Below are positions 1-9,663 of a DNA stretch of 35,389 nt, in pieces. This stretch comes from a bacterium. GTDB lineage: Bacteria; Zhuqueibacterota; Zhuqueibacteria; Zhuqueibacterales; Zhuqueibacteraceae. The stretch covers positions 1-35,389 of the forward strand of contig JBIOXB010000215.1 in the NCBI GenBank assembly GCA_044869275.1. The letters run 5' to 3'. Every line of letters begins with the position of its first letter. Position 1 is the first letter of the stretch. Both the position numbers and the translations under genes were made by a program. The notes below the pieces were generated by a model. That model was not told the DNA's origin, ran no database searches, and saw only the letters and a program-made list of their open reading frames with translations.

Positions 1-203
1 GAAAACGGCAGCCAAACTTCTTCGCTGCAGGTGAATGAAATCTCATCGCGTTCTTTGATGAGGGCGGAAAAACCGCTGGCAGCGGCGGCGGCAAGAATGA
101 GAGATTCCTCCATTTGACCGGCAGGAAAACTGATCAAATAGTAATTTTCCGGCCAGACATACAGTTGCGTTTGCGCCCACAAGCGCCTGATCTGTTCGTG
201 CAT
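1..203 (-). CDS. Probable ACT-domain (CASTOR/ACT_7-like) protein, N-terminal part; runs off the left edge of the window
   Basis: Manual translation from ATG at 203 gives MHEQIRRLWAQTQLYVWPENYYLISFPAGQMEESLILAAAAASGFSALIKERDEISFTCSEEVWLPF, open to position 1. It is not in the ORF track because no stop lies in the window. Family call is by resemblance only. Confidence 0.6.
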   Translation of the reverse strand, partial: MHEQIRRLWAQTQLYVWPENYYLISFPAGQMEESLILAAAAASGFSALIKERDEISFTCSEEVWLPF

Positions 204-235
204 AAAAAGCAATCTCGGATTCTCGTTCTTGCTTT

Positions 236-281
236 ATCCGTGTTTATCCGCCAAATCCGCGTCATCCGCGTTCAAAAAATG
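236..281. repeat. ATCCG-core tandem repeat, period 9-10 nt (half of a palindromic element)
   Basis: atccgtgttt|atccgccaa|atccgcgtc|atccgcgtt followed by caaaaaatg. The same terminal motif occurs at 13241-13258. Confidence 0.7.
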
Positions 282-560
282 ACGAAGAAAAACTCAGGAT
301 TTTACTTTTAGTCTTGTGTCTCACGACATAAAAGGAAGAATGCCTGCTTCATTAAAAAACATCTCAAGGCTAACAAAACTCCTTTCGAAAAGCAAGCACG
401 AAGCGACTGGTTCGATTTCATTGAACAAAGGTAAGCATGCCGCGGTCATTCGGGAAAATCATGTTGAAATTCATGCACCGTGTGGGTATTCTGGCTTCGC
501 TTGCAGCCGCATCCCCGCTTGCGGTGATCAAGCATGCGGAATTGAGGAAGGGAGACACAT

Positions 561-2723
561 TTGCAAAAAACATCATTGGTGCGAAACGCCGCAATGGCGG
601 GGCTCGCGCTTGGGGTAATGGTCGCTTTTGCCCGGGAACCTCTGCGGCCATTGAAAGTCCAAGCGCCCCCGCAGATCGACGGCAAGCTGGACGATGCCGT
701 CTGGCAGCAATCCCCTACGGTGACGGGTTTCAAAACTTACACGCCCGATTACGGCATCGAGATGGCGGATCAAACCGTGGTGTATTTTGCATACGACCGC
801 GAAAATTTGTATTTCGCGTTTCGCTGTTTCGATCGCGAGCCGCACAAAATCAAATCTTCGATCACCCGGCGTGACAACATCCGTCCCGACGACTGGATTT
901 GCATCAATCTCGATTCTTTCAATGATCAACAAGCGCTCTATGGCTTCTACGTCAACCCCGCGGGCATTCAGAGCGACACGCGTTTTGCCGGCGGGCGCGA
1001 AGACGACGGCATCGATCTCATCTGGTACACCGCGGGTCAGATCGACAGCGCCGGCTACGTCATCGAGGTCCAGATTCCGTTCAAAAGCATCCGCTTTGCG
1101 CACAAAGATCCGGTCGAAATGGGCGTGATTTTCGAGCGCCGCGTTAGCCGCCGTTCCGAGCAAGGAACGTTTCCGCCTCTGCGCCCGGAGCGGGGCATGT
1201 CTTTTCAAACGCAAATGCACCCGATGCTGTTTCATGACGTCAAACACTACAAACTCTTCGAGCTCTTGCCCGCCGGCACCTTCAGCCAGCAAAGCGAAGC
1301 GCAACAAGGCAATCTCTCCGCGGCGGAGGAAAAATTCGAAGGCAGCGTGACCACCAAGTACGGCATTACTTCGGAGATGATACTTGACGGCACTTACAAT
1401 CCCGATTTCAGCCAGGTGGAATCGGACGCCGGACAGATCGACGTGAATGTGCGGTTTGCGCTTTTTTATCCGGAGAAACGGCCGTTTTTTCTCGAAGGCA
1501 ATGAAAACTTCAGCTTCGCCGGAGCCGCCAGCGGCGATCCTTTGGAAGCGCTGGTGTACACGCGCCAGATCGTGGATCCGCTGGCCGGCATCAACCTGTC
1601 AGGCAAGATCGGCAGGAAAAACTTTCTCGCTTCCATTCAAGCACTCGACGACGTGCCGCCGGAATTGCGGCAGCATCCGGAGGAGGAAAGGGCGTATTTC
1701 AATATCGTGCGCTATAAGCGCGCTTTGAATGATGACAGCTTCCTGGGCGTGATCTACACCGGCCGTGAGCGCCAGCACGGCTTCAATCGCGTGTTCGGCG
1801 GCGACGGGCAAATTCGCCTGAATCAATCCAGTTTTGTGAGAGGCCACGCGGTGGGCAATTTCACGAAAAACGAAGCGATGCACGGCGATGAATTCGAGCA
1901 TGCCGCCGGCGCAGATTATGTTTACAATACGCGCAATCTGGACGTCCATCTTGGCGCGCAAGATCTTTCCACGGGTTTTCAAACGGAGGCCGGCTACGTC
2001 ACGCGCACCGGCGTGTCGCGCGCGCGGGCGGAAGTCGTGCCAAAGTTTTATCCGCAAAATTTCTTGGTGCGGCGGATGGAGGTGCGCCTATTCAGTATTC
2101 AAACGCGCGACAAGCCCACGGCACAATACGAAACCGATAACGGCGCCGCGTTGCGTTTTGTTTTCAAGCGCAACACCAGCTTGACGTTGACGGCCAGCTA
2201 CGCCACGGAAATTTTCACCCGTAAATTTCAAACCGGAGGTATAAGCCTCAGCGGCAGCAATCAATTCAGCAAACACTTTTCCGTTTCGCTTGCTTATCGC
2301 CGCGGCAACGCTATTTTTTATCCCGATACCACCCAGGGCTACGGCAATACCGCTTCCGCCCAATTGACGTATCAACCTTCCGAAAAAATCAATGCCACGG
2401 TGAATGTGAACTACGCCGATTTGTTTCGCGAAACGGACCGTGAAAAACTGTACAGCGGAACCATCTTACGGGGACGGTTGACCTATCAGGTCAACAAGTA
2501 TCTTTTTTTTCGCGGCATTCTCGAGAACGATGAATTCAACTATGATCTCACCAGCGATTTTTTGGCCTCTTTTACTTACATTCCCGGCACGGTATTGTAC
2601 TTCGGCTATGGCTCAGTCTACGAAAAAATCAAATGGCAGGAAAATGAGTATGTGGCGAGCGATAGCTTTCTCGAAACCAAACGTGGTTTTTTCGCCAAGG
2701 CTTCTTATTTGTGGAGATTGTAG
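561..2723 (+). CDS. DUF5916 / CBM9-like domain outer-membrane protein
   Basis: 720 aa with a TTG start after a purine-rich RBS (gaggaagggag). Has a signal peptide, the CBM9-like N-terminus PQIDGKLDDAVW...YDRENLYFAF, the motif NPDFSQVESD...PEKRPFFLEG, and a beta-barrel-type C-terminus (KASYLWRL). Confidence 0.8.
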   Translation: MQKTSLVRNAAMAGLALGVMVAFAREPLRPLKVQAPPQIDGKLDDAVWQQSPTVTGFKTYTPDYGIEMADQTVVYFAYDRENLYFAFRCFDREPHKIKSSITRRDNIRPDDWICINLDSFNDQQALYGFYVNPAGIQSDTRFAGGREDDGIDLIWYTAGQIDSAGYVIEVQIPFKSIRFAHKDPVEMGVIFERRVSRRSEQGTFPPLRPERGMSFQTQMHPMLFHDVKHYKLFELLPAGTFSQQSEAQQGNLSAAEEKFEGSVTTKYGITSEMILDGTYNPDFSQVESDAGQIDVNVRFALFYPEKRPFFLEGNENFSFAGAASGDPLEALVYTRQIVDPLAGINLSGKIGRKNFLASIQALDDVPPELRQHPEEERAYFNIVRYKRALNDDSFLGVIYTGRERQHGFNRVFGGDGQIRLNQSSFVRGHAVGNFTKNEAMHGDEFEHAAGADYVYNTRNLDVHLGAQDLSTGFQTEAGYVTRTGVSRARAEVVPKFYPQNFLVRRMEVRLFSIQTRDKPTAQYETDNGAALRFVFKRNTSLTLTASYATEIFTRKFQTGGISLSGSNQFSKHFSVSLAYRRGNAIFYPDTTQGYGNTASAQLTYQPSEKINATVNVNYADLFRETDREKLYSGTILRGRLTYQVNKYLFFRGILENDEFNYDLTSDFLASFTYIPGTVLYFGYGSVYEKIKWQENEYVASDSFLETKRGFFAKASYLWRL

Positions 2724-2912
2724 TTGAGCTAATTATCAAGCGGATTTGCGCGGATTTTTAGTTTTTGTTTAACTGTGTGATGACGGCATGGAGCAGACGA
2801 CCAACATTTTTCTGTCCTCCATCTTTCTGTCTTCTGAATGCAAAAGAAGGATGATTCCATCCTGCCACATGAATAGTTGGATTGGTGTATTTTTTTTGGA
2901 AAGGAAAAGATT

Positions 2913-3713
2913 ATGCGCGACCCTTTGGCTATCTTTGGAAGGGTAGTATTTTTTTCATGGTTGGTCTTGTACTCCGGCCTGTCGTGCAGCCGGCGCGCCG
3001 GCAACCCACCGGCGCCGGGTTTCAATCTCTCCGGCTCGGACGCCAAAGCCCTGGCGATTGCCGACGAAGTGATGGAAAAACTCGGCGGCCGGCAGAATTG
3101 GGATAACACGCGTTATATCAAATGGCGCTTCTTCGGCAGGCGCTTGCACGTGTGGGATAAATGGACGGGAGACATTCGCGTGGAATCGAAGGACGTGATC
3201 GTGTTAATGAACATCAACACGAAAGCCGGCCGCGCGTGGAAAGCCGGCGCTGAAATCACGCACCCCGATTCGCTGGCGAAGCCGCTGCAGCTCGGATACG
3301 AGGCTTGGATCAACGATTCGTATTGGGTGTTTATGCCCTACAAACTCAAAGACAGCGGCGTGACTTTGAAATATGCCGGCGAAGGCCAAATGGCGGACAG
3401 CAGTGCCGCGGAAGTGCTTGCACTGACCTTCGAAAACGTGGGCGTAACGCCGGAAAACAAATATCTCGTCTACGTGGATAAGCAAACCCGCCTGGTCGGG
3501 CAGTGGGATTATTTTGAAAAGGCTGCAGATGAAAAGCCGCGCGTCATTTCGCCATGGACGAATTGGCAACGCTATGGCAAAATCATGTTATCCGACGAGC
3601 GCGGCCGCGGCAAGCACACGGAGATCGCCGTGTTTGACCAACTGCCTGCCTCTGTTTTTCGAGACCCCGCGCCAGTCGATTGGCAGGCGATACAGCCGGC
3701 GCAACAAAACTGA
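2913..3713 (+). CDS. Conserved hypothetical exported protein / putative lipoprotein (DUF6503-like)
   Basis: ATG at 2913 after ggaaaggaaa. Hydrophobic N-terminus ends in GLSC (possible lipobox). Contains AIADEVMEKLGGRQNW, WINDSYW and MPYKLKDSGV motifs. Confidence 0.65.
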   Translation: MRDPLAIFGRVVFFSWLVLYSGLSCSRRAGNPPAPGFNLSGSDAKALAIADEVMEKLGGRQNWDNTRYIKWRFFGRRLHVWDKWTGDIRVESKDVIVLMNINTKAGRAWKAGAEITHPDSLAKPLQLGYEAWINDSYWVFMPYKLKDSGVTLKYAGEGQMADSSAAEVLALTFENVGVTPENKYLVYVDKQTRLVGQWDYFEKAADEKPRVISPWTNWQRYGKIMLSDERGRGKHTEIAVFDQLPASVFRDPAPVDWQAIQPAQQN

Positions 3714-3778
3714 GTTGTTCCGACCAACGAGGGTTTGCAGCAGGATGCTTCTAAGGAATGTGTCATTCTGTAGGAATC

Positions 3779-3894
3779 AGATTGTGTGAAAACGCTTGGT
3801 TTCAACGCCGGCTGAGCTTGTCGAAGCCGGATTTTTGAACTTAGCACCCTTCGACAAGCTCAGGGTGCGGCATTCCCAAGTTTTCACACAGGCT
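3779..3894. mobile_element. Non-autonomous miniature inverted-repeat element (MITE) carrying an internal REP-like palindrome pair
   Basis: Terminal inverted repeats agattgtgtgaaaac (3779-3793) and gttttcacacaggct (3880-3894) match 13/15. Flanking direct repeat GAATC at 3774-3778 and 3895-3899. Internal perfect 15-bp inverted pair ctgagcttgtcgaag (3812-3826) / cttcgacaagctcag (3849-3863). Confidence 0.75.
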
Positions 3895-3943
3895 GAATCT
3901 GTTTAAGCACAGGTGCCGTTTTTTTATGCTCGAAAAGGTTCTT

Positions 3944-4144
3944 TCAGGGTGACTGCTTCTGTGTCGTCAGAAATAACTGCTGCTTACAAGCTTGCACCAA
4001 CGATTTCGCTTCGGTTTCATCCCAATATAAATCTTCATTCAAAAATCTCTCGAGCGGCTTGAGCCGGCGAATGTCGAAATTGATCCACGGCGTGCCCGAA
4101 CCGTGGATTTGCCGGTGCGAATAATGAAGCCTGTGGGAGATGAT
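3944..4144 (-). pseudogene. Possible C-terminal gene remnant of unknown family
   Basis: Open frame with no plausible start codon, reading IISHRLHYSHRQIHGSGTPWINFDIRRLKPLERFLNEDLYWDETEAKSLVQACKQQLFLTTQKQSP*. Support is protein-like composition only. Confidence 0.25.
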
Positions 4145-4236
4145 TTAATGGTCGGTGGGCTTGGCATGGATTTTTTGATTCACCAGACTCGTTGCGACTT
4201 GCTTTTTGAATGCGGATGAGATTAATTCCACGTGCT

Positions 4237-4917
4237 TTATCTCTGCGCTTGGCAAATGAAGATGATGGAAGCCGGTTTTCCAGTTGCGGGATGCTGCGGC
4301 TCCAAACAGTCCGTCAATCGCAAGCCGCTGCGCGAAAACAAATTGATCCACGCAGCCAGTGTGCGAAAATACCAAGGCGCCGGCTGCTTGAACTCCGGGC
4401 CAAATCCTTCCCACGATCCCGACCGCCAGCCCTCACGATAAGGCTGATCGCCATGCGCCATGACGGGATGCAGAGTCTGCACCAAAAGCCGGCCGTCTTC
4501 GCGCAACAGGGCGGGAACATGCCCGATTAAGGCATTCACGGATTCGTGGCCGAGCAAAGAAAAATTGCAAATCACCGCATCGAACTTGCCGCGTGCCTGA
4601 AGGCACCCGTTCACAATCTCCTCATAAGTACAAATCTCAAATTCTCCGCCCCCCAGCCGGCGTGCGTCCTCAATCAATGCCGGAATGGCATCTATGCCCG
4701 TGACGGCGATGCCCTGTGCGGCCAATCGCCGCGCTAACCAGCCTTCGCCGCAGCCGAGGTCAAGCACGCAAGCAGGATGATAATTCGTGACGGCCTCGAT
4801 CATCGCCTGATTCGTAACCAGCTTGCGGCTTGCAATTTTTTCTTCCCGGATGGCATGCGTCCACGCGCTCGCATTGGCTTCCCACGAGCGCACAATTTCT
4901 CTTTCGTTCAATGGCAT
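4237..4917 (-). CDS. Class I SAM-dependent methyltransferase
   Basis: Motif I VLDLGCGEG, plus VTGIDA and FDAVICNF. Likely start is ATG 4917 (MPLNEREIVRSW); the ORF track extends it to 4959. Confidence 0.85.
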   Translation of the reverse strand: MPLNEREIVRSWEANASAWTHAIREEKIASRKLVTNQAMIEAVTNYHPACVLDLGCGEGWLARRLAAQGIAVTGIDAIPALIEDARRLGGGEFEICTYEEIVNGCLQARGKFDAVICNFSLLGHESVNALIGHVPALLREDGRLLVQTLHPVMAHGDQPYREGWRSGSWEGFGPEFKQPAPWYFRTLAAWINLFSRSGLRLTDCLEPQHPATGKPASIIFICQAQR

Positions 4918-4955
4918 GCGCAAGGTAATGGAGAGAGGTGAAATGCTCTGCCCGA

Positions 4956-6443
4956 TCAAATCGTCAACAGCCGGTCCACTTCCCCGGGCACGGAAAACAG
5001 CTGGGTATGATCGAACTTGAAAGTTTTGTGCTCATATTCACCATTGGGCAGGCGCTCATAGAGCTGCTGGTAATGCGCCCGATTGGCGCTGAGGTGATGC
5101 AGCGCCGCCGCCAGCGCCGCCACGTCTTTTTCCGTGTTGTAAATGCCGAAGCTCGCGCGCACCATGCCGCGATGCAGCTCCGCCAAATTCGCCAATTCCT
5201 CGTCGCTGAGCTTTTCTGCTTCCTCGCTCAGGCTGATCGTCACCATCTCGCGCACATAAGGATGCGCGCAGAAGCACTCGTTGCGCACGGAGATGTTGAA
5301 ATAATCATTCAGCACCGCCGCTGTGAGCGCGTGGTCGAAGTTTCTCAGATTGAATGAAATCGCCCCCGTGCGCCGGCAGAGCGTGCTGTCGGTTTCACCG
5401 TAAATGAACAGGTCGGGAACTTGGGCGAGCCGTTGCAGCGCGTCTTCGATCAAACGGTCCTCTTCTGCGGCGATCGTTTCCATGCCGACTTTGTGCAAGG
5501 CATACAACGCCGCGGCCAGGCCAATGGCGCCGCAGATATTGGGCGTGCCGGCCTCTTCGCGATCGGGAAACTTCTGCGAAACGGTGTACCGATTCACCCA
5601 CACCGTGTCCACCATGCCGCCGCCGACTTCCTGCGGCTCGAGGCCGGCAAACAAATCCTTGCGCGCCACCACCACCCCAGGCGAGCCGGGGGCATAAATC
5701 TTGTGTCCTGAAAACACCAAGACATCGAGATCGCGCGCGGGGTTTTCATGCCCGCACATGCGAATCGGCATATGGGCCGCCATTTGCGCGGCATCGATGA
5801 CTATGAGCGCGCCATGACGATGCGCCATTTCCGCGACTGCATGAATCGGATTGATGATGCCGGTGACATTCGAAACACCGGTGATGGCGACATAGTTCAC
5901 GCGGCCGGCGTGCTCTTGCAAGGCTTGTTCCATGCGTGCCAAATCCACGCAGCCCAAGGAATGCGCCGCCATGGCTGCGGGCACGTGCACCACTTCGCGA
6001 AAATGTTTGCGATGCGGCAGATCGTTGGAATGATGCTCCATAATGGAGGTGAGCACCACGTCGCGGTCCGGGCGCCGTTCGCGCAGCGTGCGCGCGACGC
6101 GGTTCAGGGCTGCGGTCGTGCCGCTGCCGGTGAAGAAACAAGTGTAAATCTCCGCATCGGCATGCACGAAATCCAGCACCATTTGATGCGCCCATTGGTA
6201 TTCTTTGGTGGAAAGCCTGGCCCCAAAGTGCATCACACTGTGCGTGTTGGAATAGTAGGGCTGGTATTTGTCGAGAACGTCTTGCACGATTTTCAAGCGC
6301 AGCGTGCTCGCAGTGCTGTCGAGATAAATCCGGCGCGTGTGCTCGCCCGTGGCGAGCGCATAGTGCACGTTTAGGCCTATCGCCTCGCGGCGCAGTTTTT
6401 CAAGCAGCGCGCGGCCTTCTGTGTTGCCGTTGTGATGCGACAT
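4956..6443 (-). CDS. Aminotransferase class V-fold PLP enzyme (cysteine desulfurase/SufS-like)
   Basis: Motifs YLDSTAS, MEHHSNDLP, SNVTG, DAAQ, PLP lysine SGHK, EAGTPN, and Cys loop VRNECFCAHPY. ATG 6443 is preceded by GAGGAGG. Confidence 0.85.
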   Translation of the reverse strand: MSHHNGNTEGRALLEKLRREAIGLNVHYALATGEHTRRIYLDSTASTLRLKIVQDVLDKYQPYYSNTHSVMHFGARLSTKEYQWAHQMVLDFVHADAEIYTCFFTGSGTTAALNRVARTLRERRPDRDVVLTSIMEHHSNDLPHRKHFREVVHVPAAMAAHSLGCVDLARMEQALQEHAGRVNYVAITGVSNVTGIINPIHAVAEMAHRHGALIVIDAAQMAAHMPIRMCGHENPARDLDVLVFSGHKIYAPGSPGVVVARKDLFAGLEPQEVGGGMVDTVWVNRYTVSQKFPDREEAGTPNICGAIGLAAALYALHKVGMETIAAEEDRLIEDALQRLAQVPDLFIYGETDSTLCRRTGAISFNLRNFDHALTAAVLNDYFNISVRNECFCAHPYVREMVTISLSEEAEKLSDEELANLAELHRGMVRASFGIYNTEKDVAALAAALHHLSANRAHYQQLYERLPNGEYEHKTFKFDHTQLFSVPGEVDRLLTI

Positions 6444-6500
6444 GATGCCAGCCTCCTCGGGACTCGGATCGAGACTCAAACCACCAAAGGTAAATGTCAT

Positions 6501-7484
6501 TTAGCCTGAATCATTCATAATCGCAGGCGCCTGATGCGAGAATGAATCCCTCAGAGCAACAGTATGCCCGCGCAAAAACTCCGCTGCCGTCATGCGGCGC
6601 TTGCCCTCAAGCTGCAATTCACGGATCGCCAATGCCCCCGCGCCGGTTTGAATCCACCATTCGCCTTGTTTCGCCTCGGCCCAACAAACTTCTCCCGGCG
6701 CATAAAGCGAAGCCTCCGTTTCACGCCGTTCGCACGCAAAAATCCTCATGAGCTTTTTTTGCCAATAGCTGAATGCGCCGGGCGTGGGATTCATTCCGCG
6801 CACAAAATTGCGCAAATCACGGGCAGGCTTGTGCCAGTCGATTTGCGCCATTTCTTTGGTGATTTTCGGAGCCAGGCTGGCCTCGCCCAGCTGCGGCTGG
6901 CTCTGCAACTGTCCCGCGCCTAGCTGCCCGACGGTTTCGAGCAGCAAATCGGCGCCGATCACGGCCAGGCGATCGTGCAATTCACCCGCTGTTTCATTCT
7001 CGCCGATCGCAATTCTGCGCTGCAAGAGAATCTCGCCGGTGTCGATTTTGTCGTCGATCAAGAACGTGGTGGCGCCGGTTTCGGTTTCGCCGTTGATGAT
7101 CGCCCATTGAATCGGCGCGGCGCCGCGATATTTCGGCAACAGCGCGGCGTGGAGATTGATTGTTCCGCGCGGGGGAATGGCAAACACCGCACGCGGTAAA
7201 ATGCGAAAAGCCACGACCAGGAAAAGATCGGCGTTGAGGCTTGCGAGTTCTGCATGGAAGGCGGGATCGTGCAATTTGTCCGGCTGCAAAATCGGCAAGC
7301 CCGCTTGCTTGGCGAATTGTTTGACCGGACTTTCAATTACGCGCAAACCGCGGCCGGCGGGTTTGTCCACTCCCGTCACCGCCGCGACAACTTGGGCTCC
7401 ATGTGCCATAAATTTTTGCAGGGAAGGAAGCGCGAATTCCGGCGTGCCCATGAAAACAATCTTCAGGTTCTGCAAAGACGGCAT
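6501..7484 (-). CDS. fmt: Methionyl-tRNA formyltransferase
   Basis: KIVFMGTPEFA, DKPAGRG and NLHAALLPKYRGAAPIQWA motifs; directly downstream of def. Confidence 0.97.
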   Translation of the reverse strand: MPSLQNLKIVFMGTPEFALPSLQKFMAHGAQVVAAVTGVDKPAGRGLRVIESPVKQFAKQAGLPILQPDKLHDPAFHAELASLNADLFLVVAFRILPRAVFAIPPRGTINLHAALLPKYRGAAPIQWAIINGETETGATTFLIDDKIDTGEILLQRRIAIGENETAGELHDRLAVIGADLLLETVGQLGAGQLQSQPQLGEASLAPKITKEMAQIDWHKPARDLRNFVRGMNPTPGAFSYWQKKLMRIFACERRETEASLYAPGEVCWAEAKQGEWWIQTGAGALAIRELQLEGKRRMTAAEFLRGHTVALRDSFSHQAPAIMNDSG

Positions 7485-7499
7485 GTTCGCGCCCTGCTG

Positions 7500-8048
7500 C
7501 TAGGGAGTCCGCTTCTTCTTCTCTTCGAGTAATTCGAGCTGAGCCTGTTCCGCGATTTCTTTGAGCTTTTTGCGGTGAAGCCTGCGGTGCAATGGGCTCA
7601 AGCGATCCACGAAGAACAGGCCGTTGAGGTGATCGATTTCGTGCTGCAGCACGCGGGCGATCATCCCTTCGAATTCCTGTTCGCGCGGCGTGCCGTCCAG
7701 CTCTTGATACTTGATGCGAATGCGCTCGGGGCGGTCCACCATGTCGGTGACGTCGGGAATGCTCAAGCAGCCTTCCTCATGCGGCGTGAGATTGCCTTTC
7801 GTTTCCACGACGGCGGGATTGATGAACGCGCGTGGCTGGGCACCGGTCTCCACCAAGCCCAGGTCCACCACGCACAGCGCTTCGGACAGCCCAACCTGAT
7901 TGGCGGCGAGGCCGATACCGCTGGCCGCCTGCATGGTTTCAATCATATCTGCCGCATGTTTTTGCAGGTCGCCGTCAAAGGCTTCCAGGGTTCGGGCTTT
8001 TTGCCTGAGAATGGGGTCGCCATACTTGCGAATGCGCAACACTGCCAT
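7500..8048 (-). CDS. def: Peptide deformylase
   Basis: All three signature motifs present: GIGLAANQVG, EGCLS and QHEIDHLNG. Confidence 0.97.
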   Translation of the reverse strand: MAVLRIRKYGDPILRQKARTLEAFDGDLQKHAADMIETMQAASGIGLAANQVGLSEALCVVDLGLVETGAQPRAFINPAVVETKGNLTPHEEGCLSIPDVTDMVDRPERIRIKYQELDGTPREQEFEGMIARVLQHEIDHLNGLFFVDRLSPLHRRLHRKKLKEIAEQAQLELLEEKKKRTP

Positions 8049-8053
8049 GTTTT

Positions 8054-8371
8054 CTACTCCGCTGCCTCCACCTTGCGCGCGACGCTGCCGCGCGCCAGTT
8101 CAACTTTGACGTTATCCGAAATCTTCACGAGCAGGGTCTGCTCCTTTTCTTTGATGCCGGCAATCGTGCCGTGAATGCCGCCGGCCGTGACGATTTTGTC
8201 GCCCTGCTTCAAACTGCCCAGCATTTTTTGATGCTCTTTTTGCCGTTTGGCCTGCGGCCGTAGAATAAGAAAATACATAATCACAAAAATGAGCACGATG
8301 GGCAGCCACATCATCAACGAGTTCGGCGCCGACCCCGGCGATGTTTGCAAGAACAGATTGGCGAAAAACAT
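8054..8371 (-). CDS. yajC: Preprotein translocase subunit YajC
   Basis: Single TM segment followed by YFLILRPQAKRQKEH...LKQGDKIVTAGGIHG; canonical tgt-yajC order. Confidence 0.95.
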   Translation of the reverse strand: MFFANLFLQTSPGSAPNSLMMWLPIVLIFVIMYFLILRPQAKRQKEHQKMLGSLKQGDKIVTAGGIHGTIAGIKEKEQTLLVKISDNVKVELARGSVARKVEAAE

Positions 8372-8397
8372 TTTTGCTCCTCAGGAATGTTGGTTTT

Positions 8398-9585
8398 TCA
8401 ACGCGAAGAGAGATTTTCAGCGTCCGGTTTGACGCCATACGGCTGCAGATCTGCGCTGGGATACTGCGCAAAAAAACCTTTTTGCCAAGTTTGAAATAGC
8501 CCGGCGGCAATCGCCGCGCGCATCGCTGCCATCAAGCGATGATAGAAGCGAACATTGTGCAAACTCGCCATGCGCATGGCCAGAATTTCCTGCGCGTGAA
8601 AGAGATGCCGCAAATAGGCACGGGTGTAATGGCGGCACGCGTAACAATCGCAATCGTGCTCAATGGGTGAAAAATCCTCCTTGAAACGGGTGTTGGTCAG
8701 GTTCAAGGTGCCTTGCGCCGTGAACACCTGGCCCTTTCGGCCGTTGCGCGTGGGAATGACGCAATCGAACATGTCCACGCCCAAGGCCACGGCATTCACC
8801 AGATCCTCCGGCTTGCCGACACCCATGAGGTAGCGCGGCCTGGGGGCGGGCAGAATTTCCGTCGAGAGCTCGAGCATTTCCAGTCTTGCCGCTCCGGGCT
8901 CGCCCACAGCCAATCCGCCAATGGCATAGCCTGGAAAATCAAGGGCCAGCAGCTCTTCCGTGCTTTGCCGCCGCAGATCCGCGTAGGTTCCGCCCTGCGT
9001 GATTCCGAACAAAGTTTGATCATAGCCGTAGAGGCCGCTGGAATTCTTCCACGCCTGCAAGCACCGCGCCGCCCATCGCGTCGTCAATTTGATCGAGTTT
9101 TCGACGTAACTGTGCTCGGCAGGATAGGGCGCGCATTCGTCGAGCACCATCATGAAATCCGAGCCCAACGCGCGCTGTGTACGCAGCACGCTCTCCGGCG
9201 TGAATTCGTGATACGAGCCGTCGAGGTGCGATTGAAAACGCACGCCATTTTCATGAATCTTACGCAGCGCCGACAAGCTGAAAACCTGAAAGCCGCCGCT
9301 GTCGGTCAATATCGGGCGCGGCCAGTTGGCAAACTTGTGCAGACCGCCCGCGTTCTGCAGCAAGGCTTCACCCGGGCGCAAATATAGGTGATAGGTGTTG
9401 CCCAGAATGATCTGGCTGCCAATTTCCAGCAATTCGTCGCGGCTCAAGGTTTTCACCGTGCCCTGCGTGCCCACCGGCATGAACACCGGCGTCAGAATCT
9501 CGCCGTGAGAGGTGGTGATTAAACCGCAACGCGCGCGGGTGTTGGGGTCCTGAGAAAGAACTTGAAAGGAGAAAGAAACCGGCAT
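8398..9585 (-). CDS. tgt: Queuine tRNA-ribosyltransferase (tRNA-guanine transglycosylase)
   Basis: TPVFMPVGT, GNTYHL, LTDSGGFQVFSL, GVDMFDCVIPTR and the zinc site CDCYAC...HN. Confidence 0.97.
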   Translation of the reverse strand: MPVSFSFQVLSQDPNTRARCGLITTSHGEILTPVFMPVGTQGTVKTLSRDELLEIGSQIILGNTYHLYLRPGEALLQNAGGLHKFANWPRPILTDSGGFQVFSLSALRKIHENGVRFQSHLDGSYHEFTPESVLRTQRALGSDFMMVLDECAPYPAEHSYVENSIKLTTRWAARCLQAWKNSSGLYGYDQTLFGITQGGTYADLRRQSTEELLALDFPGYAIGGLAVGEPGAARLEMLELSTEILPAPRPRYLMGVGKPEDLVNAVALGVDMFDCVIPTRNGRKGQVFTAQGTLNLTNTRFKEDFSPIEHDCDCYACRHYTRAYLRHLFHAQEILAMRMASLHNVRFYHRLMAAMRAAIAAGLFQTWQKGFFAQYPSADLQPYGVKPDAENLSSR

Positions 9586-9663
9586 TAGAGTTTTAATGGC
9601 AAACGAAATGTAGATTTTTCACAATTTCTGAAACGATTCGATGCGCAATCTTAGCTCTTGGAA

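Noticed and set aside
114..874. Several short overlapping ORFs (114-311, 316-618, 437-874 and others)
   Set aside because: They are translations of repeat or promoter DNA, or alternate frames of the DUF5916 gene. ORF 114-311 is partly the ATCCG repeat and is antisense to the real minus-strand gene.
3572..3847. 91-aa minus-strand ORF beginning MLSSKIRLRQAQP
   Set aside because: Its N-terminus is the translation of the cttcgacaagctcag palindrome inside the MITE, and the rest is antisense to a real gene.
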